In this document: one piece after another, positions 45,557 to 54,839 of the stretch | Position numbering within the stretch: the stretch's first letter is position 1 | How the letters are laid out: each line of letters starts with the position of its first letter | Origin: Hyphomicrobiales bacterium | GTDB lineage: Bacteria > Pseudomonadota > Alphaproteobacteria > Rhizobiales > CBDCVD01 | Assembly (NCBI GenBank): GCA_965224015.1 | Contig: OZ245032.1 | Location: 1,516,354-1,580,353, forward strand | DNA: 64,000 bases | Direction: 5' to 3' | Position numbers and translations under genes: made by a program | The notes under the pieces: model-generated | What the model was told of the DNA's origin: nothing | What the model saw: the letters and a program-made list of their open reading frames with translations, nothing else | Databases searched by the model: none

Positions 45557-46480
45557 ATGCATCCGGCATATTCGGTAATCGCCTTTACAACCCTCTCGGG
45601 CGCGGGGTTCGGGCTTGGTTTTTTTCTAAGCCTGGGTGTGTTGCCTTTGACGCAGGAGGTTGGCATCGCGGCCTGGGGAAGTGTATTCGCACTAATCATA
45701 AGCGGCCTGATAGCGTCCCTTGTTCATTTAAAACAGCCCCAGCGGTTTATTTTAGCGCTAACACAATGGCGCTCAAGCTGGCTGTCCCGTGAAGCCGTGC
45801 TGGCGCTTGCAACACTGGTTCCGTTCGCAATCTGCGCCTTTGGATGGATCGTTTATGGCGTATTCTGGTGGGTTGCGGGACTGGCGGGTGCCATATTGGC
45901 GACGGCAACGGTCTATGCCACGGCGATGATTTACGCTAGTCTGAAACCGATACGCCACTGGGCCCATCCCGTCACACCTTTCCTTTATCTGGGATTTGCA
46001 CTTTCCAACGGCGCTGGCTTATTTCTCGTTCTGGGTACCTGGTCCATGCGGATTCCAAGTTCGTGGATACTTACCACCGGCCTTGCGATCGTGTTTGCCA
46101 TGCTCACCCAAATGTTATGGTGGATCAGCAATGATAACGCCCGTTCAAGCGCAACCATCGGGAGCGCAACGGGGCTCGCACGCTTTGGCAAGGTCAAGGA
46201 ACTCACCCCACCGCACACCCAGGAAAACTATGTGCAAAAAGAAATGGGATTTCGTATAGCGCGCAAGCATCGCCTTAAACTTCGTTTTATCGCCACTCTT
46301 TTGGGACTTGTGATGCCTTTGTTGTTCCTCGCGCTGGCTTACATGCTGGAAGGTTTGTGGGGAATTTTGTTCCCGATGGCCGCGGCGGCACATTTTATTG
46401 CCACTTTGATTACAAGGTGGTTGTTTTTTGCCGAGGCACGGCATACGGCCATGCTGTATTATGGTGAAGAGAGAACCTGA
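45557..46480 (+). CDS. NrfD/PsrC-like integral membrane anchor subunit (SoeC-like)
   Basis: 8-TM hydrophobic protein directly downstream of the FeS subunit. Confidence 0.6.
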   Translation: MHPAYSVIAFTTLSGAGFGLGFFLSLGVLPLTQEVGIAAWGSVFALIISGLIASLVHLKQPQRFILALTQWRSSWLSREAVLALATLVPFAICAFGWIVYGVFWWVAGLAGAILATATVYATAMIYASLKPIRHWAHPVTPFLYLGFALSNGAGLFLVLGTWSMRIPSSWILTTGLAIVFAMLTQMLWWISNDNARSSATIGSATGLARFGKVKELTPPHTQENYVQKEMGFRIARKHRLKLRFIATLLGLVMPLLFLALAYMLEGLWGILFPMAAAAHFIATLITRWLFFAEARHTAMLYYGEERT

Positions 46481-46582
46481 TACCAGCGGTATAGGCTTTA
46501 TAGACACGCCGACTGGTGTATTGCCTTGATAACACAACGCTTTGACGCAAATGCATGAGTCATTGGCAAGGACCCTTGGTAT
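46480..46582 (+). repeat. MITE family A copy abutting the stop of the membrane-anchor gene
   Basis: ataccagcggtataggctttatagacacgccgactggtgtattgcc...gacccttggtat. Confidence 0.8.
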
Positions 46583-46672
46583 GAAACCTATCGCTCGAAA
46601 TGTAAGGGAAGGCGTTCCTTGTGCATTCCACAGGCCTGACAAAAGAGAAACGTCCATTTGTGACCTGCCCGC

Positions 46673-47353
46673 ATGTCTGATCAACCAGCCTTGAATATTC
46701 CTGCGCCCGTGGTGCTTGTGTGCGTCTTGCTGCTGGGCTTGCACGCCTTTGGCACTTGGGGGCTGGATTTTGACAGCCTGGTGGCCTGGTATGACAAACT
46801 GGCGTTCCTTGGGTTCGATGCAAGCCGGCCGTGGACAAGTCTGTCCTACGCGCTGCTGCATGGGGGGTGGCTCCATGTCTGGCTTAACGTACTTTGGCTT
46901 GTTGCCTTTGGCTCGCCGGTGGCACGGCGCCTAACAGGCCGTAATTTTATGACATTTTTGACCGTATGTGTGGTGATTGCGGCGTTTACCCATGCGGCCT
47001 GCTACGGCTTTTCCACGGCGCCGGGGCTTATTGGCGCCTCGGGCGGCGTTGCCGGCGTGATGGGAGCCGCTTGCAGGTTCGCGCTTGGTTTTCACGGCGA
47101 AAAACGCGGACAAGCCTGGCTGAGTACACGTCCGCGTCTGACCCTGCGCCAGACGATTGCGCATAGACCCGCGCTCGGGCTGATTCTGTTCTGGGTTGGC
47201 ATGAACCTGGCTATCGCGCTCTTTGAGGCGTTTGCACAGGAAAGTGGTATTGGCTGGCAAGCGCATTTGGGTGGTTTTTTTGCTGGCCTTGTTCTGTTTT
47301 CTTTTTTTGATCCTGTTGATCACAGGAGGGGAGCGGGAAACTCATTGCCGTGA
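46673..47353 (+). CDS. Rhomboid-family intramembrane serine protease
   Basis: Rhomboid catalytic motifs GASGGVAGVMGA and the downstream His (HLGGFFAGL); multi-TM. Confidence 0.7.
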   Translation: MSDQPALNIPAPVVLVCVLLLGLHAFGTWGLDFDSLVAWYDKLAFLGFDASRPWTSLSYALLHGGWLHVWLNVLWLVAFGSPVARRLTGRNFMTFLTVCVVIAAFTHAACYGFSTAPGLIGASGGVAGVMGAACRFALGFHGEKRGQAWLSTRPRLTLRQTIAHRPALGLILFWVGMNLAIALFEAFAQESGIGWQAHLGGFFAGLVLFSFFDPVDHRRGAGNSLP

Positions 47354-47511
47354 AATGTTTGACAGGCCATTGCTCTGACCCTTTGATCTGGTTTAAAATA
47401 GGGCTCGTATAAACCTGGTGTTGCTGGAGCGCGGCAAACAACCCGGCCCTTGGGTACCGCTTATTAGAGCCCGTTGCCCAACCAGCCCCAGAATTGGATT
47501 AGGAGGCAACC

Positions 47512-47943
47512 ATGACAGTCGGGTCCATTCTAACCGTTAAGGGCGAAGACGTCGTTACCGCAGGACCGAACCACGCAATGGCGGATTTGTGTGCATTGCT
47601 GACCAAACACCGCATTGGTGCAGTCGTGATCGTGGACGATACCGGAGCCATTGCGGGGATTATTTCCGAGCGGGACATTGTTCGCGCCATTGGACAGTTG
47701 GGCAGCGAAATATTGAAACAACCGGCTCACGAATTCATGACAAAGTCCGTCGTGACATCATCGCGCAGCGACACCATTGACATGGTGATGAACCGCATGT
47801 CCCAGGCGCGGTTTCGCCACATGCCTATCGCCGAGGAGGGAAAGCTCGTGGGCATCGTTTCCATTGGCGATATTGTCAAAGCGAAAATCGCCGCCGCGGA
47901 GGAAGAATCCGAAGCCATGCGTTCATATATTGCGACAGTATAG
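47512..47943 (+). CDS. CBS-pair domain protein
   Basis: Two CBS motifs (IGAVVIVDD...IISERDIVRA and HMPIAEEGKLVGIVSIGDIVKA). Confidence 0.7.
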   Translation: MTVGSILTVKGEDVVTAGPNHAMADLCALLTKHRIGAVVIVDDTGAIAGIISERDIVRAIGQLGSEILKQPAHEFMTKSVVTSSRSDTIDMVMNRMSQARFRHMPIAEEGKLVGIVSIGDIVKAKIAAAEEESEAMRSYIATV

Positions 47944-48170
47944 GCTTTATGCGCCTGCGGTATCCGAAACATCGGATACATCTGAAGTGTTCGGATGGTG
48001 TATGGCTAAGCGGCTAAATTTGATTATATTTTTTGGAGGCCGGAACGGCCAGCGCTTGGGCGCCGCCTACGGGGCGGGTTACTGGTATGGCCCGCGTAAC
48101 TGTTGAGCGAGGGAGCGGGCCAGGTCGCAAATAGACATTTCCAGCTTTGCCATATGTTGTGAGTTGATCC

Positions 48171-48821
48171 ATGATTGCCCCCCGCATCACCACGATTGCA
48201 ATAACCGCCGCCTTCCTGACCGGCGGCTGTGCGAACATGGCGTTTCAGTCTCCTGACAATTGGTTCAAGGAGCGCGATATCGCCGCGCCAAGCGCTCAGC
48301 GGTTGAGTTACTGCAGCGGCTTCGCTTGCAAATTCGTAACCCCGATTCCCTTTTCCCGATCCAGACATCGACACCTGGCCGCGATCCTGGCGCGCGGCCG
48401 CCACAGTGCCAAGGCCGAGCGCGCAGCCCTTTCCAAAGCCGTTCAATGGTATGAAACCATGACCGGACCCATCGCCGGGACAAGCCAGGATCAGGGCGGA
48501 TGGGACCTTTCCAAATCCGGTACCCGCGGTGCCACCGATTGTCTGGACGAGGCCACCAACACGACCAGTCTGCTGATCATCGCCGAGGCGCGAAAATTAC
48601 TGAAATTTCACCGAACTGGCCGCCCTGTATCACGCGGCATGCTTATTGATGGGCGTTACCCTCACGCCACCGCGGTCGTTATCGACACCACCACCGAAAC
48701 ACCCTGGGCAATCGATTCGTGGGTTCGCGACAATGGCGAGCCGCCAGACGTAATGCCCCTTGCGGATTGGTACGCGCGGCGTCAACGGCAAGGCCCGTCA
48801 GGTTTTGACCGAACGCGGTGA
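48171..48821 (+). CDS. Hypothetical lipoprotein
   Basis: Lipobox AAFLTGGC after a hydrophobic leader. No recognisable domain. Confidence 0.45.
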   Translation: MIAPRITTIAITAAFLTGGCANMAFQSPDNWFKERDIAAPSAQRLSYCSGFACKFVTPIPFSRSRHRHLAAILARGRHSAKAERAALSKAVQWYETMTGPIAGTSQDQGGWDLSKSGTRGATDCLDEATNTTSLLIIAEARKLLKFHRTGRPVSRGMLIDGRYPHATAVVIDTTTETPWAIDSWVRDNGEPPDVMPLADWYARRQRQGPSGFDRTR

Positions 48822-48822
48822 C

Positions 48823-49080
48823 TTACTGCAAGGGATCAACGGAAACAAAGGTGCGCCCATTGGCTTTGGTGCGAAAAGTCACCTGTCCCTCAACAAGGGC
48901 AAAAAGGGTGTGATCCTTGCCGATCCCAACATTCTCGCCCGGGTGCCATTTCGTCCCGCGCTGGCGAATAATAATATTGCCGGGGATCACGTGCTCGCCG
49001 CCGTATTTTTTTACACCAAGGCGGCGCCCGGCGGTATCGCGGCCGTTGCGTGACGAGCCGCCTGCCTTTTTATGTGCCAT
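48823..49080 (-). CDS. rpmA: 50S ribosomal protein L27
   Basis: [48 protein letters not shown] is the canonical L27 sequence. Confidence 0.9.
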   Translation of the reverse strand: MAHKKAGGSSRNGRDTAGRRLGVKKYGGEHVIPGNIIIRQRGTKWHPGENVGIGKDHTLFALVEGQVTFRTKANGRTFVSVDPLQ

Positions 49081-49131
49081 AATATCTCCTGAATATCTTC
49101 CGTCCTGTTTGGCAAATGCCGCGGTACATAG

Positions 49132-49275
49132 GTTCTAGATCAGCATGGCGTTAGCTGTACCCATTTTGCCAGGGGTAAAGCTAACGCCATAAAGCTGATC
49201 GCCCTGAAATCTATAGCAAAATGCGAGAAAAATACGGAATGCCTATGATTCCAATTAAACGCATTTTGCTCTAGG
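49132..49275. repeat. Family B composite palindromic element inside the rplU-rpmA spacer
   Basis: tctagatcagcatggcgttagctgtacccattttgcc...ctatagcaaaatgcgagaaaaatacggaatgcctatgattccaattaaacgcattttgctctag. Confidence 0.65.
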
Positions 49276-49303
49276 TTGATCGCGTTATGTGATCCGCGAA
49301 AGC

Positions 49304-49413
49304 CCGACTCATACCAAGGGTCCTTAACAATGACTCATGGATTAGCGTCAAGCAAGTATGTTATCAAGGCCGTACACCAGTCGGCGTGTACATAAAGCCA
49401 ATACCGCTGGTAT
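49304..49413 (-). repeat. MITE family A copy ending exactly at the rplU stop codon
   Basis: ataccaagggtccttaacaatgactcatgg...aagccaataccgctggtat. The terminal tat overlaps the stop TGA (complement 49413..49415). Confidence 0.8.
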
Positions 49414-50093
49414 CAGTCACCGTCCTTGCCACCGGATGTCTCAACGCCGGCTGCCTCGGCAGCCTTCTGATCGATTTTGGCACGAGGAGCCTTGCCCGCC
49501 ACCAGCTCCCTGGCCTGCTCTATCCATTCTTCCCGCGCGCTACGTCCCTGCAAGTCCAAATTTTCATCAAGCGCGGCCATTTCATCCTGACTGAGGTTGG
49601 CGATCTGCTGAAATTGCGTATACCCGGCCTCGTTGAGCTTTTTCACAATAACGGGTCCGACGCCGGAAATCAGCGACAAGTCATCGGAAGCGGGGTCGGA
49701 TTTTGTGGTTTCGTTCGGCGCGCTGGCTTTTTCCTGCCCCTTTACCACCCGATCAGCGACCTCGACGGGTTTGGGTTTATCCCCGGCACCCACAATATCG
49801 GTCACGCGGACAACCGTTTGATATTGCCGGTGCCCCTTGGTGCGACGATATTTCTTGCGTCGTTTTTTCTTGAAAACAATAATCTTCCTGGCACGCTTTT
49901 GCTCAACAATGCGGGCGCTCACGCTCGCCCCCGCCACAAGAGGGTCACCAATTACCGGCGCCTCTCCACCGATCATCAACACCTCTGCAAATGTAACCGT
50001 ATCGCCGGCCGCACCCGTCAGTTTTTCAACCGTTAACACATCGTTAGCGGCAACACGATACTGCTTGCCGCCGGTCTTAATGATTGCGAACAT
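49413..50093 (-). CDS. rplU: 50S ribosomal protein L21 with a long C-terminal extension
   Basis: N-terminus MFAIIKTGGKQYRVAANDVLTVEKL is canonical L21. Beyond about 105 aa comes a Lys/Glu-rich extension with a helix-hairpin-helix-like LISGVGPVIVKKLNEAGYTQFQQIANLS segment. Confidence 0.85.
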   Translation of the reverse strand: MFAIIKTGGKQYRVAANDVLTVEKLTGAAGDTVTFAEVLMIGGEAPVIGDPLVAGASVSARIVEQKRARKIIVFKKKRRKKYRRTKGHRQYQTVVRVTDIVGAGDKPKPVEVADRVVKGQEKASAPNETTKSDPASDDLSLISGVGPVIVKKLNEAGYTQFQQIANLSQDEMAALDENLDLQGRSAREEWIEQARELVAGKAPRAKIDQKAAEAAGVETSGGKDGD

Positions 50094-50283
50094 CGCCCTT
50101 CACCTAATTTTTCGCGCCCTGCGGTGCCGATATTCTCGGTCTTTACGCTACAGATCGGCAAATGTAGAGCCTGCAATTTCTGCAAGCCCATTTCATATTG
50201 CCATCTCAAGCAACCTCAAGCAGCGATTTCCCCTCGGGGACCTGAAACCAAATAGCAATATCGGGTTTTACAAGCACCAGCTT

Positions 50284-50386
50284 ATACCAGCGGTATTGGC
50301 TTTATAGACACGCCGACTGGTGTACTGCCTTGATAACACATCTCTTTGACGCTAAGCCATGAGTCATTGTTAAAGACCCTTGGTAT
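50284..50386 (+). repeat. MITE family A copy upstream of rplU
   Basis: ataccagcggtattggctttatagacacgccgactggtgtactgccttgataacaca...gacccttggtat. Confidence 0.8.
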
Positions 50387-50622
50387 TAAAGCGCCCAAAA
50401 CCCGATATCGCAAGTCTTTTATCACAAACAGCCGTCAATATCCACCTCCATTGCCAAAACCAAAGAGGCCTCCTGCAACTGTTTGTTTGTTAACGTACCC
50501 CCATGCGCTTTGGTGCAAATGCCTCTCCCAAGCCTGCACCGCACAGCAACATAGGCAAAGGTGCGAGAAAGTCAACACACCTGGCCTTATAACCTTACCA
50601 CCTGACGGAATAATACCAAGGG

Positions 50623-50715
50623 TCCTTACCAATGACTCATGGATTAGCGTCAAGCAAGTATGTTATCAAGGCCCTACACCAGTCGGCGTGTCTATAAAGC
50701 CAATACCGCTGGTAT
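50623..50715 (-). repeat. MITE family A copy (reverse orientation)
   Basis: ataccaagggtccttaccaatgactcatggattagcg...ccaataccgctggtat. Confidence 0.8.
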
Positions 50716-50895
50716 TATTTCCCGGGGATTTGCTCAAAAACACTCAGATATTGGTGTTTTCGGAAAATGTCAGGTGGTGAGGCTTCATTGTTATGCCTCT
50801 TGGTTATGCCTCTTGACACCTTAGGCCACACGGCCTATATTTTAAGTATACAGCGCGGGCAAAGTGCCCCGCCTTTTTAAATAAAGGAGATTACA

Positions 50896-51063
50896 ATGAC
50901 AGACCAAGAACAACGCCTTGCTGATGATAAGATGCGGGCGGAAATTGCTAAATTGTTGGCTGAAACCAAGCAAATCAGCGTCAATACGTTCCTGTCACCG
51001 TTTCTTGCCGCTGCTGGTTTGATGGGAGCCACAGCAGCGCTCGTTAAGCTGCTTTACACATGA
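50896..51063 (+). CDS. Small (55 aa) protein with a C-terminal hydrophobic membrane anchor
   Basis: AAGGAG is 7 nt upstream of the ATG. MTDQEQRLADDKMRAEIAKLLAETKQ is followed by a TM-like FLSPFLAAAGLMGATAALVKLLYT. Its TGA overlaps the next gene's ATG (ATGA). Confidence 0.45.
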   Translation: MTDQEQRLADDKMRAEIAKLLAETKQISVNTFLSPFLAAAGLMGATAALVKLLYT

Positions 51064-51263
51064 CACCCGCTGAATTCAAAAAGGCCCGACACAAGCTGGG
51101 CCTTACTTTATCAAAATGCGCTCAACTGATTGGGTACACCGGCGCGCATGCGCAACAGCAAGTGCGGCGTATGGAAACAGGGGAGCGTGAAATCCGCGAG
51201 GCGCAACAACGCTTGATGCAGGCCTATCTTGATGGTTATCGCCCCAAGGATTGGCCGCGATAG
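51060..51263 (+). CDS. Small XRE-family helix-turn-helix protein (67 aa)
   Basis: HTH segment FKKARHKLGLTLSKCAQLIGYTGAHAQQQVRRME; translationally coupled to the upstream 55-aa ORF. Confidence 0.55.
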   Translation: MTPAEFKKARHKLGLTLSKCAQLIGYTGAHAQQQVRRMETGEREIREAQQRLMQAYLDGYRPKDWPR

Positions 51264-51418
51264 GGTGGGCAAAAAAAAACGCCGCGAATCGAAGTAACCG
51301 ATTCCAGCGTCGCCTCTCACGATGGTATCAAGTCCCTTCAAACCGCCGTCTGACAACGATTGTCACCCCCTTTTGGGCATGTTCCACCCGTGCGGTTCAA
51401 GCGCAAAGCGAGGGTTTG

Positions 51419-51521
51419 ATACCAGCGGTATTGGCTTTATAGACACGCCGACTGGTGTACTGCCTTGATAACATACCTCTTTGACGCTAAGCCATGAGTC
51501 ATTGTTAAAGACCCTTGGTAT
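51419..51521 (+). repeat. MITE family A copy
   Basis: ataccagcggtattggctttatagacacgccgactggtgtactgccttgataacatacctctttgacgctaagccatgagtcattgttaaagacccttggtat. Confidence 0.8.
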
Positions 51522-51685
51522 GACTTGCGTTTCAATGCCATCCCCCTTATTGGAAAACGCGGATCTATCTCCGTGCTTACCATAAAGGCCCATAAAGACG
51601 GTGCGCGGGATTGGATAACACCGTTGTTTGTTCCTAGGCTGACAGAACCCCATGTCACGTGAGCAGGCTTGATGAATTGGAAACT

Positions 51686-52609
51686 ATGAACACGCCCTTT
51701 TATCTGTGTATTGACGGTGGCGGTACCAAAACCCATGGGGTTTTGCTGTCCGCCGGCGGCGAAAATCTCGCCGAGGGACGCACAGGACCGTCGAATTTAC
51801 ACACGGATTTCAGCCTGGGGATTACCAACATCTCGTCACTTTGGGAGCAACTTGCTCACAAGGCTGGGCTTGAGCCACGCCAGGCGTGTGCCGAAACCCA
51901 TTTTGCGCTTGGCGCTGCTGGGCTCGATCTTTACGATCTGCGCCTCAAAATGGCACGGCAATTCATGCATTTTGCGGCCATTACACAGGTGTCCGATGGA
52001 TACGCCGCCTTAATTGGGGCGTCCAATGGAAAACCCGCCGGATTGATTGCAGTGGGCACAGGGGTGATCGCCTATCGCATTGACCACAAGGGACAGGTGA
52101 TAACCCGTGAGGGCTGGAGCTGGATTGCCGGAGACCGCGGCAGCGGCATGTGGATTGGACGCAAGGCGCTTTATGCTTATCTGGAGGCCCACGATGAGGA
52201 GGTGACTTTCGAAACGCCCCTGTTTCGCCGCCTGGCGGACCATATCGGGCGCGAACGCCAGTCCATTTTTGCATGGATACAGAAGGCCAACCCCGCCGGA
52301 CTAGCGGAGTTGGCGCCCCTGGTATTCGCCGCGCAAAAAGAACAGGACCCGCTCGCTGGTGACATACTGGATGCCGCCTTGCAAAAAATCGTCAACACCA
52401 TCCACTCTCTTTCCACACCTGACGATGATCCCCTTTATGTGGTTGGCAGTGTGGGGCTGGCTCTACGCACACAGATTGAACACAAGCTCAGGCGCAGCCT
52501 TAGCGATCCGTTGCACGGACAAACACACGGCCTTTATCTGATCGCACAAGGAAATGTGCCCCCCGACTGTGATCTCAGCTATCCAACAAATGCCGGCACC
52601 CAGAGATAA
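51686..52609 (+). CDS. N-acetylglucosamine kinase-like ATPase (BadF/BadG/BcrA/BcrD family)
   Basis: N-terminal ATP-binding motif FYLCIDGGGTKTHGVLL and a second ASKHA-fold motif WSWIAGDRGSG. Confidence 0.65.
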   Translation: MNTPFYLCIDGGGTKTHGVLLSAGGENLAEGRTGPSNLHTDFSLGITNISSLWEQLAHKAGLEPRQACAETHFALGAAGLDLYDLRLKMARQFMHFAAITQVSDGYAALIGASNGKPAGLIAVGTGVIAYRIDHKGQVITREGWSWIAGDRGSGMWIGRKALYAYLEAHDEEVTFETPLFRRLADHIGRERQSIFAWIQKANPAGLAELAPLVFAAQKEQDPLAGDILDAALQKIVNTIHSLSTPDDDPLYVVGSVGLALRTQIEHKLRRSLSDPLHGQTHGLYLIAQGNVPPDCDLSYPTNAGTQR

Positions 52610-52612
52610 GTT

Positions 52613-53755
52613 ATGGCGGCGCGTATTATTCACGAGCAACCTGCCTATATTTTAACCCCGCGGGGCTGGATACACGGGCTCCTGGAACATGAAGCGGGAA
52701 CGATCACAGCCGTCGTACCGTCTGACGCCAAAGCGCAAACACGGCCCATTCCCCGCCACGTGACCCCGAGCGGTCCCTATGCCATCCCCGGCTTCATTGA
52801 CCTGCACAACCACGGAGGCGGGGGCGCGGATGCCATGGCCGGAGAGGCAAGTGTACGCCAAATGGCACGCTTTCACGCCAGTCGCGGCACGACCGCGCTC
52901 TGCCCCACCACACTCACCGCCCCCACAGAAGAGATCGCCACCGCGCTTGTCGGCATTGAGGCCGTCCGCAAGACCGCCGGTGAAGGGGAAGCACGGGTGC
53001 TGGGGGTCCACCTGGAGGGCCCCTTTATCAATCCTGACAAGCTGGGCGCACAGCCGGATTTCCCAATGGTGCCGGACCTGGCTCTGGTCAATACGTGGAT
53101 GGACCTGGCGCGCATTACGGTTACAACCGTTGCACCGGAGCTTGACGGGGCTCACAGCCTGATTTCCCAATTGCGGCGTACCGGCACCCGCGTTCAGTTG
53201 GGCCATACTTTGGCAAGCAGCACACAGGCCGAACAGGGGTTTGCCGCAGGCGCCACCGGCATCACCCATCTGTTTAACGCCATGAGCGGCAGCCATCACC
53301 GTGACACGGGGGTCGCGGGTTTTGCCCTGGCTTGTGCCCAATATGCAGAGATCATTTGCGACCTGCAGCACGTGTCGTCGTCTATGATTCTGGCCGCATT
53401 CAGGGCCATTCCACACCTTTATTGCGTGAGCGACTGTATTCACGCCGCCGGCCTTACTGACGGAGAGTACTGTTTGGGAAGGCATTTGGTAAAGAAAACG
53501 GCAAATCGCGTGACCCTGGTGGACGGAAGCACCCTGGCGGGGAGTGTTTTGACCATGGATCAGGCCCTACGCAATCTCGTTGTGATTGGGATTTCCCTGG
53601 CGGACGGTTCCGCCATGACATCGACACGTCCGGCACAATATCTTGGACTTGATGACATAGGCGTAATCGCCCCGGGCTACCGGGCCGCCATCGTTTATCT
53701 TGACGAAAACCTGAATGTGATGGATACGGTAATCGACGGCACACTTATCGGTTGA
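52613..53755 (+). CDS. nagA: N-acetylglucosamine-6-phosphate deacetylase
   Basis: PGFIDLHNHGGGG metal-binding motif and the TIM-barrel amidohydrolase layout; immediately downstream of the kinase gene. Confidence 0.75.
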   Translation: MAARIIHEQPAYILTPRGWIHGLLEHEAGTITAVVPSDAKAQTRPIPRHVTPSGPYAIPGFIDLHNHGGGGADAMAGEASVRQMARFHASRGTTALCPTTLTAPTEEIATALVGIEAVRKTAGEGEARVLGVHLEGPFINPDKLGAQPDFPMVPDLALVNTWMDLARITVTTVAPELDGAHSLISQLRRTGTRVQLGHTLASSTQAEQGFAAGATGITHLFNAMSGSHHRDTGVAGFALACAQYAEIICDLQHVSSSMILAAFRAIPHLYCVSDCIHAAGLTDGEYCLGRHLVKKTANRVTLVDGSTLAGSVLTMDQALRNLVVIGISLADGSAMTSTRPAQYLGLDDIGVIAPGYRAAIVYLDENLNVMDTVIDGTLIG

Positions 53756-53974
53756 AGTCGGAACATAGAAACATAGATCCGCATGGATTTCGCTGAACCC
53801 ATTTGCTAGAGCGTGTCACCGGGTCTCTCTATTTACGACCTGGCCAACCCGTATCGTCAGAAGGGGTCTTTAAGACCTGACAGGCTCTAAGACAGGACAC
53901 GCTCTATTGCTCCGCAATATTGAACTTGCATTCGCGCTATGATCAAGCCCTGAAACAACCCGAAAGGCGACACC

Positions 53975-54796
53975 ATGGAAGCCCTGAGCCTGTTATTTTC
54001 TCTGGAGAATCTGTTCACCCTCATGATGCTTGTTATGCTGCAAGCGGTCCTGGGGTTCGACAACCTGCTTTACATTTCAATCGAGTCGCGCCGGGTTGAT
54101 CCGGCACAGCAGGCGCGGGTGCGCCGGATTGGCATCGGTCTTGCCATTGTCCTGCGCATTGTTCTTCTCGTACTGATCCTTAGCGCCGTTCAGTACCTGC
54201 AAGACCCACTGATCTCCATTGATTTAGGCATTTTTGTTCATGGAGAATTTAATCTGCACAGCCTGGTGGTGCTGTTTGGCGGCGCCTTTATCATTTATAC
54301 GGCGATCAAGGAGATCTATCACCTGCTTTCGGTCCATGATATTGAGCACGAAGAAGGGCATGGCATGCGCACCGTGCTCGGTGCCATTTTCTGGATAGTG
54401 GTCATGAACCTCATCTTTTCATTCGACAGCATTCTCAGCGCCATGGCCCTAACCGACAATATCTGGGTCATGTCCCTCGCTATTGTTGCCAGTGGCGTGA
54501 TGATGATCTGGCTCGCAGATGGCGTCTCTGCATTTTTGAAGCAAAATCGCATGTACGAAGTCCTGGGCCTTTTTATTCTGTTTATTGTCGGGATTATGCT
54601 GGTCTCCGAGGGCGGTCATCTGGCGCACCTCACGCTCTTTGGCTATGCCGTCGAGCCATTGGCAAAAACAACGTTTTACTTTACCTTGTTTGTTCTGGTG
54701 ATTGTCGATATTGTCCAGAGCCAGTATCAAAAGCGCCTTTTAGCCAAGCGCGAGGCCGAGAGCAAGGCAGCAGCGAAGGGTGCAAGCTTGAGGTAA
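53975..54796 (+). CDS. TerC-family integral membrane protein
   Basis: MLVMLQAVLGFDNLLYISIESRRV... is the characteristic TerC N-terminus; multi-TM. Confidence 0.7.
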   Translation: MEALSLLFSLENLFTLMMLVMLQAVLGFDNLLYISIESRRVDPAQQARVRRIGIGLAIVLRIVLLVLILSAVQYLQDPLISIDLGIFVHGEFNLHSLVVLFGGAFIIYTAIKEIYHLLSVHDIEHEEGHGMRTVLGAIFWIVVMNLIFSFDSILSAMALTDNIWVMSLAIVASGVMMIWLADGVSAFLKQNRMYEVLGLFILFIVGIMLVSEGGHLAHLTLFGYAVEPLAKTTFYFTLFVLVIVDIVQSQYQKRLLAKREAESKAAAKGASLR

Positions 54797-54839
54797 GACT
54801 GTCCCATTTGCCGGCACCGAAATGCTTAAAGGTATCTAT

